Shown piece after piece: positions 1 to 15,544 of a stretch of DNA of 64,000 nt; the first letter of the stretch is position 1; every line of letters starts with the position of its first letter. The stretch comes from the human T2T-CHM13v2.0 reference genome, Homo sapiens: the NCBI RefSeq assembly GCF_009914755.1, contig NC_060925.1; one strand, written 5' to 3'. The position numbers were made by a program, and so were the translations under genes. The notes below the pieces were generated by a model, which was not told where the DNA came from, made no database searches, and was given only the letters and a program-made list of their open reading frames with translations.

Positions 1-53
1 TCTCCAGCCTGGGCAACAGAGCAAGACTCCATCTCAAAAAAAAAAAAAAAAAA
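1..53 (+). mobile_element. Alu 3' end and poly(A) tail
   Basis: ctccagcctgggcaacagagcaagactccatctc followed by a poly(A) run. Confidence 0.95.
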
Positions 54-683
54 GAACTAAATTATTTACTTTTCTTTCTGTTTTCTTTTATGGAACCATT
101 TGAGTCTGACTCTGCATTCCTCAACTGGTCCCAGATTCCATTAGGCATGGGTGGTCTTGGCAGCATGAAGGTAAGGGCTGGAGGGGAAGAAGAGACAGAA
201 GTGACTCTCCTCTCAGTCCTTGCAGGTGAGATGAACGCTGGGTGGGGATGTGGCTCTGGAGGATGAGGGTGCTGGAGGACAGGACCTCCCTCAGGGAGAG
301 AGAATGAAAAAGCTCCACTTAGGAGGACAGCGGAGGGCAGCTCTGGCCCGGGCCTCTGAACGTCTGATCCATTGTCCTGCTCCTCACAGTCCATGCCCCA
401 GAGGACCTCACAGCTACAGAGCCATAGTTGGGAAACAGATCCAGGGCCTGGCTCTGAGTATGTGTCTCCCTTGCCCAAGGGATCTAGTTCTGCCAGGCTG
501 ATGGTGGAGACTTCAGAAACCAACTAGTAGAACCCTGTGTCATATAAAGGAAAACTGAGGCCCTTCATGTGAAATCCATTCATTCATTTATTTGTTGGGC
601 AATACTTATTGCTCGTCTGCTAGGATGGTCCTGGTTAGAGAGACAGACATAACCTTGTTTACTGTCAGTGCATAACCTAGTAT

Positions 684-872
684 ACTGGTCCTCAAAATAT
701 GGTACCTGAACCAGCAGCATCGGCAACACCTAGGAACTTGTTAGCAATGCAAATGAAATGCATCACCCCAGACCTAATGAAGTAAAGACTCTGAGAGCAA
801 GGCCCAGCAAGCTGTGTTTTAACCAGCTCTCCTAGTGCTGCTGATGCCCAGGAACATTTGGTCATCACTGGT
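684..872. mobile_element. MER5A-like hAT-Charlie DNA transposon
   Basis: ccagcagcatc...cacctaggaacttgttag..atgcaaat...cccagaccta...ggcccagcaa.ctgtgttttaac resembles the MER5A consensus. Confidence 0.7.
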
Positions 873-3800
873 TTGGTGAAATGCCATATGCAGATAGAAT
901 ATTAATATACATATATAGTATATGTATATCTGTGTGCGTGTATACAGACACATATCTACATAACTATCCATCCTCTAATTCCCATAATATTCGGTCAGGC
1001 AGGCATTATAATTTTGCCCTTTTGCAGAATTAAAAACCTAAGCACTCAGGGTTTAAGCTCTTGCCCAAGCCATAGGGCCACTCGTGACTCCCAGTCTGCA
1101 CTCTTTTCTACCACACATGGAACCTTTGATCTTAGTCACAGTCCCTGCCTCTTCCAAAGATCTTTCCTGTTTTAACCCAATTATTTTCCTAACACAATCT
1201 TGGAGTTCTCTCAATCACTGAATGGGTTATTTCAGTTCCACATCTGCCTCCTCTCTTAAAATCCAAGCTACTCTAGAGTTGAATTTGCTGTGTGGCACAT
1301 CCCCCAGGGGCTTGGCAGGGCCTGAATTTGGCCCCATAGAGCATCTCTAGGTTTCCATCACCCAGGCCTCTGGGTGGGAGTGAGGAGGGCAGGGTAGGGA
1401 GAGGCTTGGAAGCTCTAGTTTGGGAAGGGATTCTTGTTACATCTCTCCCATAGCCTCGAAAACACACTGCTAGACAAGGAACCCCTTGCCTGGGGATGCT
1501 TGGGGGCAGACCATTCACTCCCTCAAAATATTGAAGAAACATATAACTGGCTGTGAGAAAGTGGCATTCACTTCTAAGAAGTCCTGACCTCCCCCAGGTC
1601 TGGGCAGCAGGTCCCCATCGAGGATCTTTATTGAATGAGTGATGCTCTGTAGTCTGCACCATCCCCTGGGGATAGATTCTGGTTCCCAGAATGATGGTAG
1701 AATGGAGGGGTCTTTGGTTGGGCAAGCCTGGAGCTGAGCCAAGAAACCCCCAATGGCTTGGTGTTCTCCACCGCCCAGGGCTATGCAGGAGCCAGCCCCC
1801 AGACCATTTCTACAGCCAGAGACAAACACCTCAGAGGAAAAAGGCACACAGGGGTGTGTGTCTGTTTTTCATGTTTCTTTTTGTGTGTCTGTCTGTGTGT
1901 CTAACTGTCTGCTTTGAAAGCTTGGAGCTTTTAAAATGCATTTGGCAGCAGGGGCTGTGACCTCAGAAGTATGCTTTAGGTTATCCTAAGTCCTTCAGCA
2001 ATAGCTTTGATGATCCCTGCCATCTCTTCTACTCTCCACCATCCACCATTTCACTGATGACAGGCATCTTGGCTTTCTGACCTTTCCTTTTGTGTCAACC
2101 ACTTGAACGAAACTTAAAGTGTCTCCAGGACCAAGGCTGAAGACCCAAAAGAGCAAAAGGGACCATTTATAAGGCCCTTCGATGTACTCAAAAACCCACC
2201 AGAGAGGCTCCTCTTCAAATCCCACACGGATGTTAGGCAGTGCACAGGTTGTGTAGCTTCTGTACCAGAGTCTGGTGAACTGTTGCTCAGAAGTGCCCAT
2301 GAATTGGCCAAGTCACAAAGTGTAAGGCAGTGATCAGTCCAGACGTCCATGCCTGACATCCAGCCATGCTGCCTCAGAACTGGGGCCTGGCTCCCAGAGA
2401 AGGGGAGAACATGAGAGAGATTGGGCCTGAAGATCACGCTTCTCACTTTGGAATCCTGCCTACATTCTTCTGCAATTCTGTATCTTTCTTCTCTTTCTAA
2501 GCTTTCCACAGTGGGATCTTCACTGTAGAATGAAAGATGTTCTCAGAGGTTCCTTCCAGACCAGGTGGGTTATCTAAAATTCCTTTTTGTGGAAGGCAGT
2601 ATGCTAGAGTGAAATTATCTGGGGTACTCAAAGACACAGAATCCCAGGATACATCCTAGAACTACTTAGCTTGAACTTCCAGAATGAAAATCGGGGACCT
2701 CCATTTGAGAATTATTCTGATCAATCAGAAGTGAAAACCATTTCTATAATGAATATCCAGGTGTGTGAGCTTACTCACTGCCTAGGAGGAGGGTTGAAAG
2801 TTGTACATATCTGGCCCCAGCATGTGTAGGATGTGGAAGTGGTGGTGAAGACAGAGCTGACTGTTAACTGGTTTCTTGTAGGAGGTTTTATGTAATTGTC
2901 CATGTGGGGACACAAATTATCTACCTCTTGGTCTAGAAGTACCTTAAGATGAAGGAATCTCTTTCTTTTCCACAATTAAATCCCCAACTTCACTGCCACC
3001 AAAAATCTCCCATACAGACATATGGGAGATGGGGGTCTAGCCATAGCATATCTCTCCTCTACCCAGGCATTACCTGGACATTAAGAGAAAGAAATTCCAC
3101 ATCCCACAGTTTGTCCTACACATTATAACACCCTTTAGTGAATCAACAAATACAACTGTTATGCATCAGAGAATAGCTCAGCTGTTCATATTAGAATCCA
3201 TAGGTAGACAGCAGTAATGGGAACCATGAATTCTGGCATGGCATGAATGGATTCTAGAGGATCCACATGCCTATGCCTGAGACTAGTCAGGAAGACGGGG
3301 TGATGCCTGATGATCTATGTGCTTCTCATCACCAGAGACCATCCAGCTCATTCCTCCAAAAGATGGTGTTTCCTGTTCTGGAAGGCTAAGCTAGACCTAT
3401 CTAGGGGCCTAGGAATAACCCAAGCTGTGCCAAATCTACCCATCACATCTTGTCATAGGAACCCTGAGCTAGATCCACACCTTTCCTCTATTCTCTAGTG
3501 CACGCCCATCAGGGAGGGAGGAAACCACTTATGAACTTGTGTCAACACATTCATTCACTTGACAAATATTTATTGAGGCTCTGCTGTCTTTCAGGAACTG
3601 GTATTGATCCTGGAGATACACTAGTGAGCAATGCAGACAATAATATAGTGAGAACTTCAATATGGGAGGCTCAGAGTACCATGGAAACCCACAAAGGGGG
3701 CAGTTTAGCAAGTCCAGGGCCTAAAGGAGGTAACTACAAGTCAGAGATGAGACAAATGAGTGGCAGTTAGCTGATGATGGAGGAGAGAGGGGAGTCTTCT

Positions 3801-6020
3801 CCCCTCTCAGAGATAACAGCAGGCATGCTATCAGCATCATTGACTTAGTGACAGACAGCCTGGTGAGGAGTAGGTCCTCATTAATTAAATATCCTTCCTG
3901 GTTCCTAACACTATATGGAAGTTTTATGCTGGTCCCAGGACTCCATTCTCAGCCCTGTTGTAATGAACTTTTTATCAGCACCTTGGGGAGAAGCTTGAAA
4001 AGAAACTGGCCTAAATTTCAGGTTACTTCAAGTCATGAAGGAGAATTGAAGAGTAAAATTCTGATTTAACATGGGCAAGAATAATGAATTTAATCTGACA
4101 AGACAAAACGTAATTAAAGTAAACATTAAGTTTTAATGTACATTAAAGATTAGCCACACTTGTAGAAGATGAGTGGGTATATGCACAGTTGCACACATGA
4201 AGAAATTTTGGTTGATTAGAATCTTAGTGTGGGCCAAGAGTGAGATTGTGCCAAACGGCAATGAACTCCTGTTCTGAATAGCTCTGTGTGATGGGGTCAT
4301 TCTGCTTGGCACAGATATGCGCACACCTGAGCACTGTGGTCAGCTCAGGTCAAATGTGTGGGGCTGGAGGATAGTGATCTACTATGTGCCAGCCACCATC
4401 TGAGGTGGGAAATCCTTCCTCATGCTCACAACTTGGAAAGGTGACATCATTCACCCCATTTTACAGACATTAGAAGACACAAAATCTAGAGAGGTTAACT
4501 AGCTTATTTGGTCACACATCTAAGACGTGATAGTGATGGAATTCAAGCCTAGGCTAATCTTGTTCCAAAACTTGATCTGCCTCCCTGTGGAAGGAAGAGT
4601 AACACTATGTTTTGAAGGGACTAGCACGCTTCCATCTTGCATTATTTATAGTGCTTTCACTTAGAAAAAGAATCAGCTTTTTTGGTAAAACAAAGAGTTC
4701 AGTTTCAATGCATGGAAACTGTAAGAAGATTCTGGCTAGAAATAAAGAAAAAGTAATAGAACTGTTTGGAAATGAAATATATTGTTCATCCATGCATTTA
4801 ACAAACATTTAGTCATTGTTAATTGAATATTTATTATGTGTCAGACAGTATTTTGGATGATTGGGATAAATCAGTGAACAAAACAAGATCCTTATTTTCA
4901 AGGAGTTTAAATTCTAGCAGAGAAAAGAAAACATTGGGCATATTTTAAAAAATTATATAATAAATCAAAACATACAACTAATCTGGAAATCAGAACATAT
5001 ATAGCAAAGAAGACGACCTGGGCAAGCATCCCAAACAGTACAAAAAGGGGAGAAGTACTGAGCTAGATGTGTGGAAGAAGGGGCTGAGAGGCTGTGGGGC
5101 CTAAATACTCAGCAATAGAAAGGGCATGGAAGAGGCATCATGAGAGGAGGGTTTGAGCCCAGTTGTACCACTCATTAGCTGAGAAGTGTTGACTCAGGCA
5201 ATTTTTCTGGCTCTCAGTTCCCCCATCTATAAAATGTAGCTGAAAATATGTCTACCTGTCTGGATCACTCTGAGGATTAAATGAGATAAGCTATTTAAAA
5301 TAGTATATTATAAAACACTAAAAATATATTTGCTTTTGGCAGTGAAATATTCACCTGGAGAAAAGGGGGATGATTGGCTTGGGAAATGGCCTGTTTGATG
5401 AAGGAGGTGGGCCACAAGGGTTATTCAAGCCCAGGCAGGAGCAGAGACTGAATGAGCCGCAGGGATGCACATGTAGGGATGCTTGTGGTCAGCAGGGGCA
5501 GGCAGGAAGCTTCAAGGAGGAGGAATTGAAGCGGTGGTGGGTTATGGAATAGCAGAGAGGACACGGATAGGGTGAATTGGAAAAATGCCTTAAGCAAAAC
5601 ACTGAGTCTAGAGGAAGTATAAGATCTGGGGGAAGGAAGTCCAGATGTCAGAGTGAGGGTGGGGTTAAGCACAGCAAGGTCAGCAGCCATCACAGACGGT
5701 CATCAGTGTATTGATGCCACTCAGCCAGTGTGCCATCAGCACGGCTCCTTAGTTCACCAGAGGGAGAGGAAATATGAGACAGGGGAGGCTTTGCAGTCAA
5801 TCAGAAATACTATTTAGGCTCGAATTGGGATTGGGTCCTTAGTCACTGAAAGCTGTCCTTCCTTGACCTGGCCTGAATGTGAAATCTGGATTGAGCAATA
5901 AGTTAATTAATCAGTCATTTCTACAGCATTTCATCAGCATTCTTCTGAGGTTTGCTTTGTTCGGTGAGAAATCCAGGAGGTGTCTCCAGTGAGTATAGTC
6001 TTAATCCTCCTGTACCAGGG

Positions 6021-6242
6021 CAGGATTTCTTATCCTCAGCACTACTGACGATTTGGACAAGATAATTCTTTCTTAGAGAAGGCCTATTCTGTGATTTGAA
6101 GGGTGCTTAGCAGCATCTGTGGCTTCTACCAACTAGATGACAGTAGCTGTGATGATCGAACACTTATCCAGACTGTCCAATGCCCTCTTCTGGGGTGTGG
6201 GAGTCAGGCCATCCCCAACCTCACCCCATTGAGAACCACTGA
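6021..6242. mobile_element. MER20-like DNA transposon
   Basis: cagcactactgac...gataattctt...ttagcagcatc..tggcttctacc.actagatg.cagtagc...ttgagaaccactg. Confidence 0.7.
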
Positions 6243-7587
6243 ATTAGAGGAAAGTCTTAGGCTTTGTCCTCAGGGCCATCCCAAGCCAACAGTGAATCAC
6301 ACCTTCCCCTTACCTCCATCCCAAGAACCTCCCATTCATTAAAAATAAAAAGTCTCTATAAGGCACGAATACATGCAAATACATGCAAGCAATTACAACT
6401 TTAAGGATATACAGAAGGTTTTAATTTTTCCCCAAGGGATCTGCATGCTGATTACGGAAGAGTTGTTTATCTTGGCTATTATGGCAATTGTGAGTAGATT
6501 ATCTGTGCCAGTAATTATAATCATTATTTGGCAAACTTGTCCAAGAGCTCAGAATACTCACTTTCTAACCTTCCTACTTAGTTGCCATGCAGTGCTAGTG
6601 GCAACTTGAAAAATGTATAAGCAGGAAATTCTATTGTCTTGGAAAAGTATAACACAGGTCTTTTTAACACAAAGAGGAATTATTTGTATTGATGATTAGT
6701 CAATGGGTTTAATAGGTAAAAGGAGAAAAAGACAAAAATGCACAAGGGCCCTTGGGGGGACTTCAAGAGCATGCCTACAGATCCTCTTCTGGATACCCAC
6801 AGCTGCTTTTCTGGGTGCCCATGACTGCTCTTCTGGGTACCCACTGAACACAGGAGACTAGTTGAGAACAAGTAAAAACATTAGGAACACATTATGAATT
6901 AGGGCTGGTGATATGATTATGAGTGGGGAGAATCTTGGGGTATCAGTTACAAATGGAGAGAATCTGAGTCTTGTTTAAGTCTAAGAATTTGGGCAGACAG
7001 ACTGATACAAGGTTCTCTTAAACAAAGTAGTGATTATTAGAGATAGATTGTTGCTCCTGAAAAATGCTAGATTTATTTCTTCCTCCAATGACTTTCATCC
7101 TAGATCCTTGGCAACAGATGTGTTTCGAAATTTAGAACTTTTTTTTTAAGGAGGGTAATACAATGAATCAAATTCATTAGTAACACTGCAGGTATGCTTC
7201 AAAATTGGCCATGTTCAGTCTCAATATGATGGAATTAGAACCAAGGACTTGACCACATGTTAGGCAGGCAAGGTAAGGGTGGGCAGTCCAGGACCATCTG
7301 CTATCCCTAAAGTTTCAGGGATCCTTCTCCTTGGGGAGAACATTTATATTTTTACAACAGAAAATAAGAATATTTACAGCAAAGTGAAGGGAGTTCACTG
7401 TCTGTTCTGGTCAGGTTTTTTTTTTTTTTCGGCCACCATATGAATATTGTCAACAATCAGACAAAAACTCAGTTTTTAGGGGTGCTGGAATTGGAAATTG
7501 TGACTATGAGAGTGTGGATATGTAGTAATATTTGACGATTATCAGCAATGGTATTTTCTCATCTCATTTTCTACTGCTGTTGCCCTC

Positions 7588-7973
7588 TGTGTTAGTCTGT
7601 TCTCACACTGCTGTTAAAGACATACCCCAAAAAAGTACCCAAGACTGGGTAACTTATAAAGGAAAGAGGTTTAATTAACTCACAGATCAACATGGCTGGG
7701 GAGGCCTCAGGAAACTTACAATCGTGGTGGAAGGGGAAGCAAACACATCCTTCTTCACATGGCGGCAGCAAGGAGAAGTGCTGAGCAAAGGGTGAAAAGT
7801 CCCTTATGAAACCATCACATCTTGTGAGAACTCACTATCACGAGAACAGCAGCATGGGGGTAACCACCCCCATGATTCAATTACCTCACGTGGGTCTCTC
7901 CCATGGTATGTGGGGATTATGGGAACTACAATTCAAGATGAGATTTGGGTGGGGACACAGCTAAACCATGTCA
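7588..7973 (-). mobile_element. THE1-family (ERVL-MaLR) solo LTR
   Basis: TG...CA ends; caattcaagatgagatttgggtggggacacag; 5-bp TSD CCCTC at 7583-7587 and 7974-7978. Confidence 0.92.
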
Positions 7974-8609
7974 CCCTCTCTCACAGGGTCTCCCTTAAAG
8001 TCCTCTTCCATACTAGAATCCAGCACTAATGTGATCATTCTTCCCATCCTAAAACAATAAACATATACTTTAAAAAATAAAATTTAACTAAAGCCTTCAG
8101 GAGATGGATTTCTGACGAACACTCAATACAGCCCAGTCACTTGCCCTGACAATGGACTTTCCACAGGCTGAACTCAGTCTTTCTTTCAGCCTCAACTTGT
8201 GCCTTGTTCTCTATCACATGCCCTGCATTCCAACCACAAAAGACCACCTGCCCCTCCTACCCTGTATATATTGTCATAACCTTCACTTCTTCTCCACATA
8301 CCTCCCTACTCCCTACCATCTCCATCTCTCTAACTTATCCAAACCTCACCACCACTTAAAGCCTGTATCCTATCAGACACCCTTAACAAACCTTTCCCAG
8401 ACACCCTCCCTCAGAATCCCTCTCTCTTCCACCAGTCTTCCAAGACTAATTGGTATCCTCTTTCTGGACCTACAGTACCATTTATTGGCTTACTATGTAT
8501 TTATCCTGCTTGGGATTTATTAATTCCTTGGCCCTATGGGTTAATAATTTTTATCACTTTTGGAGAATTTTTGACCATTATTTAAAAATATGTTGTTTCC
8601 TCCCCCATT

Positions 8610-10370
<1,761 letters not shown>

Positions 10371-10999
10371 TCATCTGTTCATTTTTTTAATATTTTTCCC
10401 TTTCTTCAGTTCAGTTTGAACAATTTCTTCAAGTTCACCGATCTGTTCTTCTGCAACTTATAATCTGCTAAAACCATCCAATAATTCTTTGATGTTATAT
10501 GTAATTTTGACCATATTTATTTTTCAAATATTGGTTTTTTATTGTTAGATTTTGCATTTGGTTAGTTTTGAGCATGGGAAACTGGGAAATTAAACCCAGG
10601 AAATGTGTATTGCAACAAAGCCAATAATTTCAAATTAAATATTGACTATGTCTATTCTTGTCTATACCAACTACACCACTCCAAGTCACAGTTCAAAGCC
10701 ACCTCATTGGCTGTTCTCTTCTCTTCACCCTTCTCATCTTTATTTTACCTCATCCCTTCAGCTTTTCCTCAGGAAACTGCAAATTCTTTTATGCTATAAT
10801 TTGGGGCAATATACATCCTTTAGTCCTCTTTTCTTATACCCACTCTGGATCTACCTTCAGAAAGCCCTATTCACTGAGGTACGTAGGAGGAAAAAAAATG
10901 GCCTTTAGTTTTAATAAGAGCCACCTAACTTAAAAGGCACCTGTGACTTTAAAAATTCCCAATGTCCATTAAAATCTCAGGTTTGCCTCTATTTTTCTT

Positions 11000-11039
<40 letters not shown>
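11000..11039. repeat. (TCTA)10 microsatellite
   Basis: Read directly. Confidence 0.95.
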
Positions 11040-11559
11040 CCTATTCATCCATTTCCTAATTATAACCACATGCCACATACTATCTCAGCTACTTCCCCTT
11101 TGTTATCTTAATTAATTTGTAAATCCTGCAGAAAAGATATTTCTCTTATTATCTTCATTTAAAACATCAGAAAGCCAATGGCCAAAAATATTGAGTACTT
11201 TGCCAGGGTCTCCAAGGCCTCTTTTCTCGACTTCTATGATGCACACACATGCCCATGTGCACATGGACAAACCCCATAATGCAGGCATGTGGATTTTTAA
11301 CCAAGCTATATGGACCCAAAGGTCTAGATGGAAAATTAGTATCTAGAATAGAAGGAAAAATGAGTTGTTTGTGCAGAATTCATAAGTGTGACTACAAGAC
11401 TGTGAAGAGAGCCATCTTCATAGGAAATAGGCCACGGAGGACTCCAGGAACCATGATGTCCATTTTCACCCACCACAAGCCCCCATTTCCACCAAGCTCT
11501 TTCCTAGCTGACAGCAGCTCCCCTGAACACCAATGAAGGACGGTATATGCAGAACTGCC

Positions 11560-11735
11560 AGTCACCACTCGTCACAAGACCTATGTGGGTGTCGGGAGGC
11601 AGGTCCTCTCATGCCCAGGCTCTGTCTCACCGCTGGAGGCAGCACCCAAGGACAGAATAAAAGGGCTCAGGGCCAGAGCATCCCATCCACTCACCTCCTG
11701 CGGTGCTGAAGAACCCTGTGCTGCCTGTGATCCTG
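11560..11735 (+). promoter_or_regulatory. LCE1F: LCE1F core promoter and non-coding exon 1 (~11688-11735)
   Basis: Block paralogous to the other five LCE1 promoters; AATAAAAGGG at 11656; donor CTG|GTAAGT at 11736; intron 11736-12894. TSS inferred ~30 nt after the TATA-like box. Confidence 0.85.
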
Positions 11736-12916
11736 GTAAGTGTGCCCTGGAAAAAGGAGCAGGGGCTTCCACAGAGGGATGCCCAGGCCAGGGAAGGAGG
11801 GGATGGATACTCAGACCAGGGCAGGAGTAGAGTCTAGGCAGGGCCTCAGGGGCCTGGAATTGTGATTGGCAAGGAATGGGGTGGGGGCAGAAAATTGGAA
11901 AGAGGAGGTAGAGGGGTGGGGTGGAGTGAGAGAGATTAAGAAGAACTGGTAAGATCTGGAGGGCTGTATGACACAGATTTAGAGGAACCAAATTGTTTTC
12001 AGTTGCTCAGTGTGTTTCTCTGGTTTTAGAGAATAAACACATTGGCCACTGGATGTTGCTAGAGTGGGCTGCATAGTGGGAATATAATTTTGGAAATACA
12101 GACATACTCACTTTTAGAAAAGATATGCTGAGAACACTGCTACTTAGAGGAAGAAAGGATCAAAGACACCTGTGGATCTTGTTAGATGCCAACAAGAAGA
12201 TCTGTAGTGGAAAACTGAGTGCACACTGGAGTTTAAAAGCCATGTGACAGTGCCTGGGGACAGGCCTGGGGAGGCAGGATGTGCTAAAGGGCAGAGCCCA
12301 GGATGGGAACCAGGGGACCCCGGAACAAATGTGACTGTTAATGAATAACTTTGGGCCAGTGAAGTTACCTCTTTTGGCTTCAGTTTCTTTATTTATATAT
12401 TGAGTTGGTTGGAACAAATTGACTCCAACATCCTTTGCGGTTATAGTTTTCTCTATTTCTGCAAACTGAAATATATCAGTTCTTCCAATAGAAATTTATT
12501 TTGATTTTTCCTTAAAGAGATTTTCATCTCTAAACTGGTCTCAACATTGAACATTTTCAGAATTCTTGGTGATGTGATAGAATGAATGCTGGCCCGGAGC
12601 CAATTTATTTCCTGGACTTCTCTCCCACACTTAGGAGCTTTTAATGAGCAGAAACTTTATTTACATATTTGGAGATTATATATTGCATGACAACATCTCA
12701 AATAAGGTTTGAAATGAGAATCCATGAATGAAAGCACTTGGTAAACATTGAGAGTGATAAAAACATTAGAGGTGATTTTCCTATGTTTGATATAAGGCTT
12801 TCAAAATGAAGGATCTAGAAATAATGCAGAAAGGACAAGAATAGGCAGGGGTGTCCTCTGCCTCCATCTAACTTGCTGTCTGACCCTCCTTCAGCTCCTG
12901 AACACCCGCCACCGAG

Positions 12917-13273
12917 ATGTCTTGCCAGCAGAGCCAGCAGCAGTGCCAGCCCCCTCCCAAGTGCACTCCCAAGTGCCCTCCCAAGTGCCCCACACCGAAG
13001 TGCCCCCCAAAGTGTCCCCCTAAGTGCCCTCCTGTCTCTTCCTGCTGCAGCGTCAGCTCCGGAGGCTGCTGTGGCTCCAGCTCTGGGGGCTGCTGCAGCT
13101 CTGGGGGTGGTGGCTGCTGCAGCTCTGGGGGAGGCGGCTGTTGCCTGAGCCACCACAGACGGCGTAGGTCCCACCGCCACAGACCCCAGAGCTCTGACTG
13201 CTGCAGCCAGCCCTCAGCGGGCTCCAGCTGCTGCGGAGGGGGCAGTGGCCAGCACTCTGGAGGCTGCTGCTGA
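12917..13273 (+). CDS. LCE1F: Late cornified envelope protein 1F (118 aa), coding exon 2
   Basis: [19 protein letters not shown]...(PKCP)n...SSGGCC...[11 protein letters not shown]...GGCC. The [20 protein letters not shown] and QPSAGSS segments match recalled LCE1F. First gene in the F-E-D-C-B-A order. Acceptor tcAG ends 12894; AATAAA at 13545-13550. Confidence 0.95.
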   Translation: MSCQQSQQQCQPPPKCTPKCPPKCPTPKCPPKCPPKCPPVSSCCSVSSGGCCGSSSGGCCSSGGGGCCSSGGGGCCLSHHRRRRSHRHRPQSSDCCSQPSAGSSCCGGGSGQHSGGCC

Positions 13274-15544
13274 AGTGGACCCTGTGCCTAAAAGAGCAGA
13301 TTTAGAGGCATGAAAGGGGCAACTTCATCTTCCTTGGGACTGACTGTGTTGCTGGGACATTTTAGTAAAGATTTCAAACTCTGTCCTGGAAGATTCCTCC
13401 GACCTAGAATCCAGAAATCTGCCCTCTCACAAGAATTCCTCTTCTGACCTCTGATTCCATCTGTGCGCCTGGCCTGGGAATACCAAATAGAAGTCCTTGC
13501 CTCATTCCCCTGATTTCCTTGGCAATCTCCATTGTGCATGAAACAATAAAACAAATAATCTGCTCATCACCTTTTTCTAGACTGCATTACTCTTGCTTGT
13601 AAATGTGAACAGAGGGATAAGCATGTCTTATCTCAGCTCCATCACCCGGTTATCTGGGCCTTGAAGCAGCATGGCTTGCTTAACTCCTTCAACTCCTGGT
13701 CCTCACCAGAGCTGACCCTCGCCCCTCAGTGCCTCAGCCAGGGTCAAGTCAGGAAAGAGAATTATGAGATGTACTTTAATAGACAGAAGTTTACATAAAA
13801 AATTGCTTACTTGGCATCAGAGAACTGACAAGACCAATAGAGGACAAAAAGAGTTCATGGAGGCGGTAACTGTCATTGCCACCATGCTACCAATGGCAGG
13901 TAAAGGGAGTGTCTTGAAACTATCAAAACTTAGAAACTTGGAGCAGTGGCCTACGAATTGAAACTCAGGCCTCTAGGAAAGGGGCCCTTCTCATGGGTGC
14001 CGGGGTCCCTGAGCTCAGAGGAGGGGCCCTGTGTGTCTGGACTCAGGCTTCTGAGGAGGGGCACAAGCTGGTGCTGGCCCTAGGGTCTGTCTCCATGAGA
14101 ACCCAACAAGGTTGGTTTTGTGAGCGGGAAAAACTGCACACTGGAACCACTGTTGCTAAAGGGATAAATTGCTCCTGCTGGGGTGAGAAGTAATATTGGG
14201 GTGACTTGGAGAATTCTAAGGGAATCTAAGGAAGCCTGGTCCTTGTCACTCTGCCAGTCTCCCAAGTTCTCTCTAGCTCCGCCTACTGGCGGAGACTTCA
14301 GGAAACCTCCAGCAAAGAGAAATGAGATTGGCAGTCCCAACCCTCCATCATAAGGCCAGATGTGGAAGGGAGGACCAAAGTGGAGCGATGGTGACTTAAT
14401 AACCCTGGTTATTAAGGAAGACAGACATTATCCTACTCAGCTGTCACCCTCCTTCTTCCTGATACCCTCACTCTCTCCCCATCTATTCTCCCAAAGAATT
14501 TTACCATGCCCCTCCTTCAGCAAACATAGCAAAATGACTCCATGTAGCTTATACTTTAAAAATGCAGACTGCTCTAGTACAAATAAACCTTTAAGCTCAC
14601 TTCTGCAAATGGACCTCAAAGAGTTTCTGTTCTTGCCATTGCCTATACAAATGGAGTCATAAATTACAGACACACACATGCAAACACACACACACCCAAA
14701 CACACACACATACAAACACACAAGTGTTCATCCCTGGTGTCAAGAGCTTGGAAACAATGTCCAACTCTGTGAAAGACACCCTGCCTCTGTGCTTCTAGAA
14801 GTCCTTCTGATTGTCGGTCCTGAGGTTTGGATTCTGGATCAATATCAGTCAGCCTCCTCCATTTCCAGGAAGCTTGCCTAATATGTCCTCTACTTTCACA
14901 CTATTTTAACACTACAATCCTTCAATATTAGTATTCTCAGGCTATTCTCTCTCCTATCATGACTTTTTGTGTCCTTTCCTCCTGGAACCACCCAGATGTG
15001 CTTCCTCTTTCCCCATCTGGCATGGAATCCCTGAAGAAAAGGCAGTTTGAATCCCTATAAACTGCAACCCCTGTATTACCAGGCCTCTGCATTGGGATCA
15101 GGGATACTCCATAGGGACCGGCAGCGTATAGGCCTTGGGTGAGGACTTCCCGAGTCCAGGGGATATGGGTATTACACTATCCTGGGGGATTTCTGAGGAG
15201 AAGGGCTGGGCTTCTCCCCTTGTCCTGTGGCTCCCTAAGGCAGGGGAACCTGTGTTTTAACTTGAGAAGGCTTCCTCCAGGGAGGAGAGGACATCTCACA
15301 GTACTCCCGCTAAAGGTGACATTTTTATCTCTTTCCTACTTTTTCCAAGCTCTAAGGACCAGAGCTGTTTAGACAGGGACTAACAGATGCTTCAAGGTAA
15401 GGAGCTCCTTAAATACTAGGACATCAGTTTTCTGCAGGGTCCCTGTAAGTCTTCCCTTCTTCTTCGCTCTCTGATGAGTCCAGAAACCAGTATCAAGCAG
15501 TGGGACTGGACTTCATTTCTTCTCTGCTTTCCACATGTGGGGAC

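Noticed and set aside
62-6000. Assorted 60-150 aa ORFs in the first 6 kb
   Set aside because: No recognisable protein family, LCE/SPRR-like composition or supporting splice and promoter structure. MIR/L2-like remnants are present but too diverged to delimit.
11585-11830. Recurring short ORFs over the promoters (…RQVLSCPGPVS…IKGLRARA…)
   Set aside because: They recur because the promoter DNA is paralogous. Starts, stops and lengths differ and they cross the TATA box, so they are not a hidden peptide family.
13730-14400. Possible ancient LTR downstream of LCE1F
   Set aside because: Only a vague resemblance; termini, TSD and family could not be established by eye.
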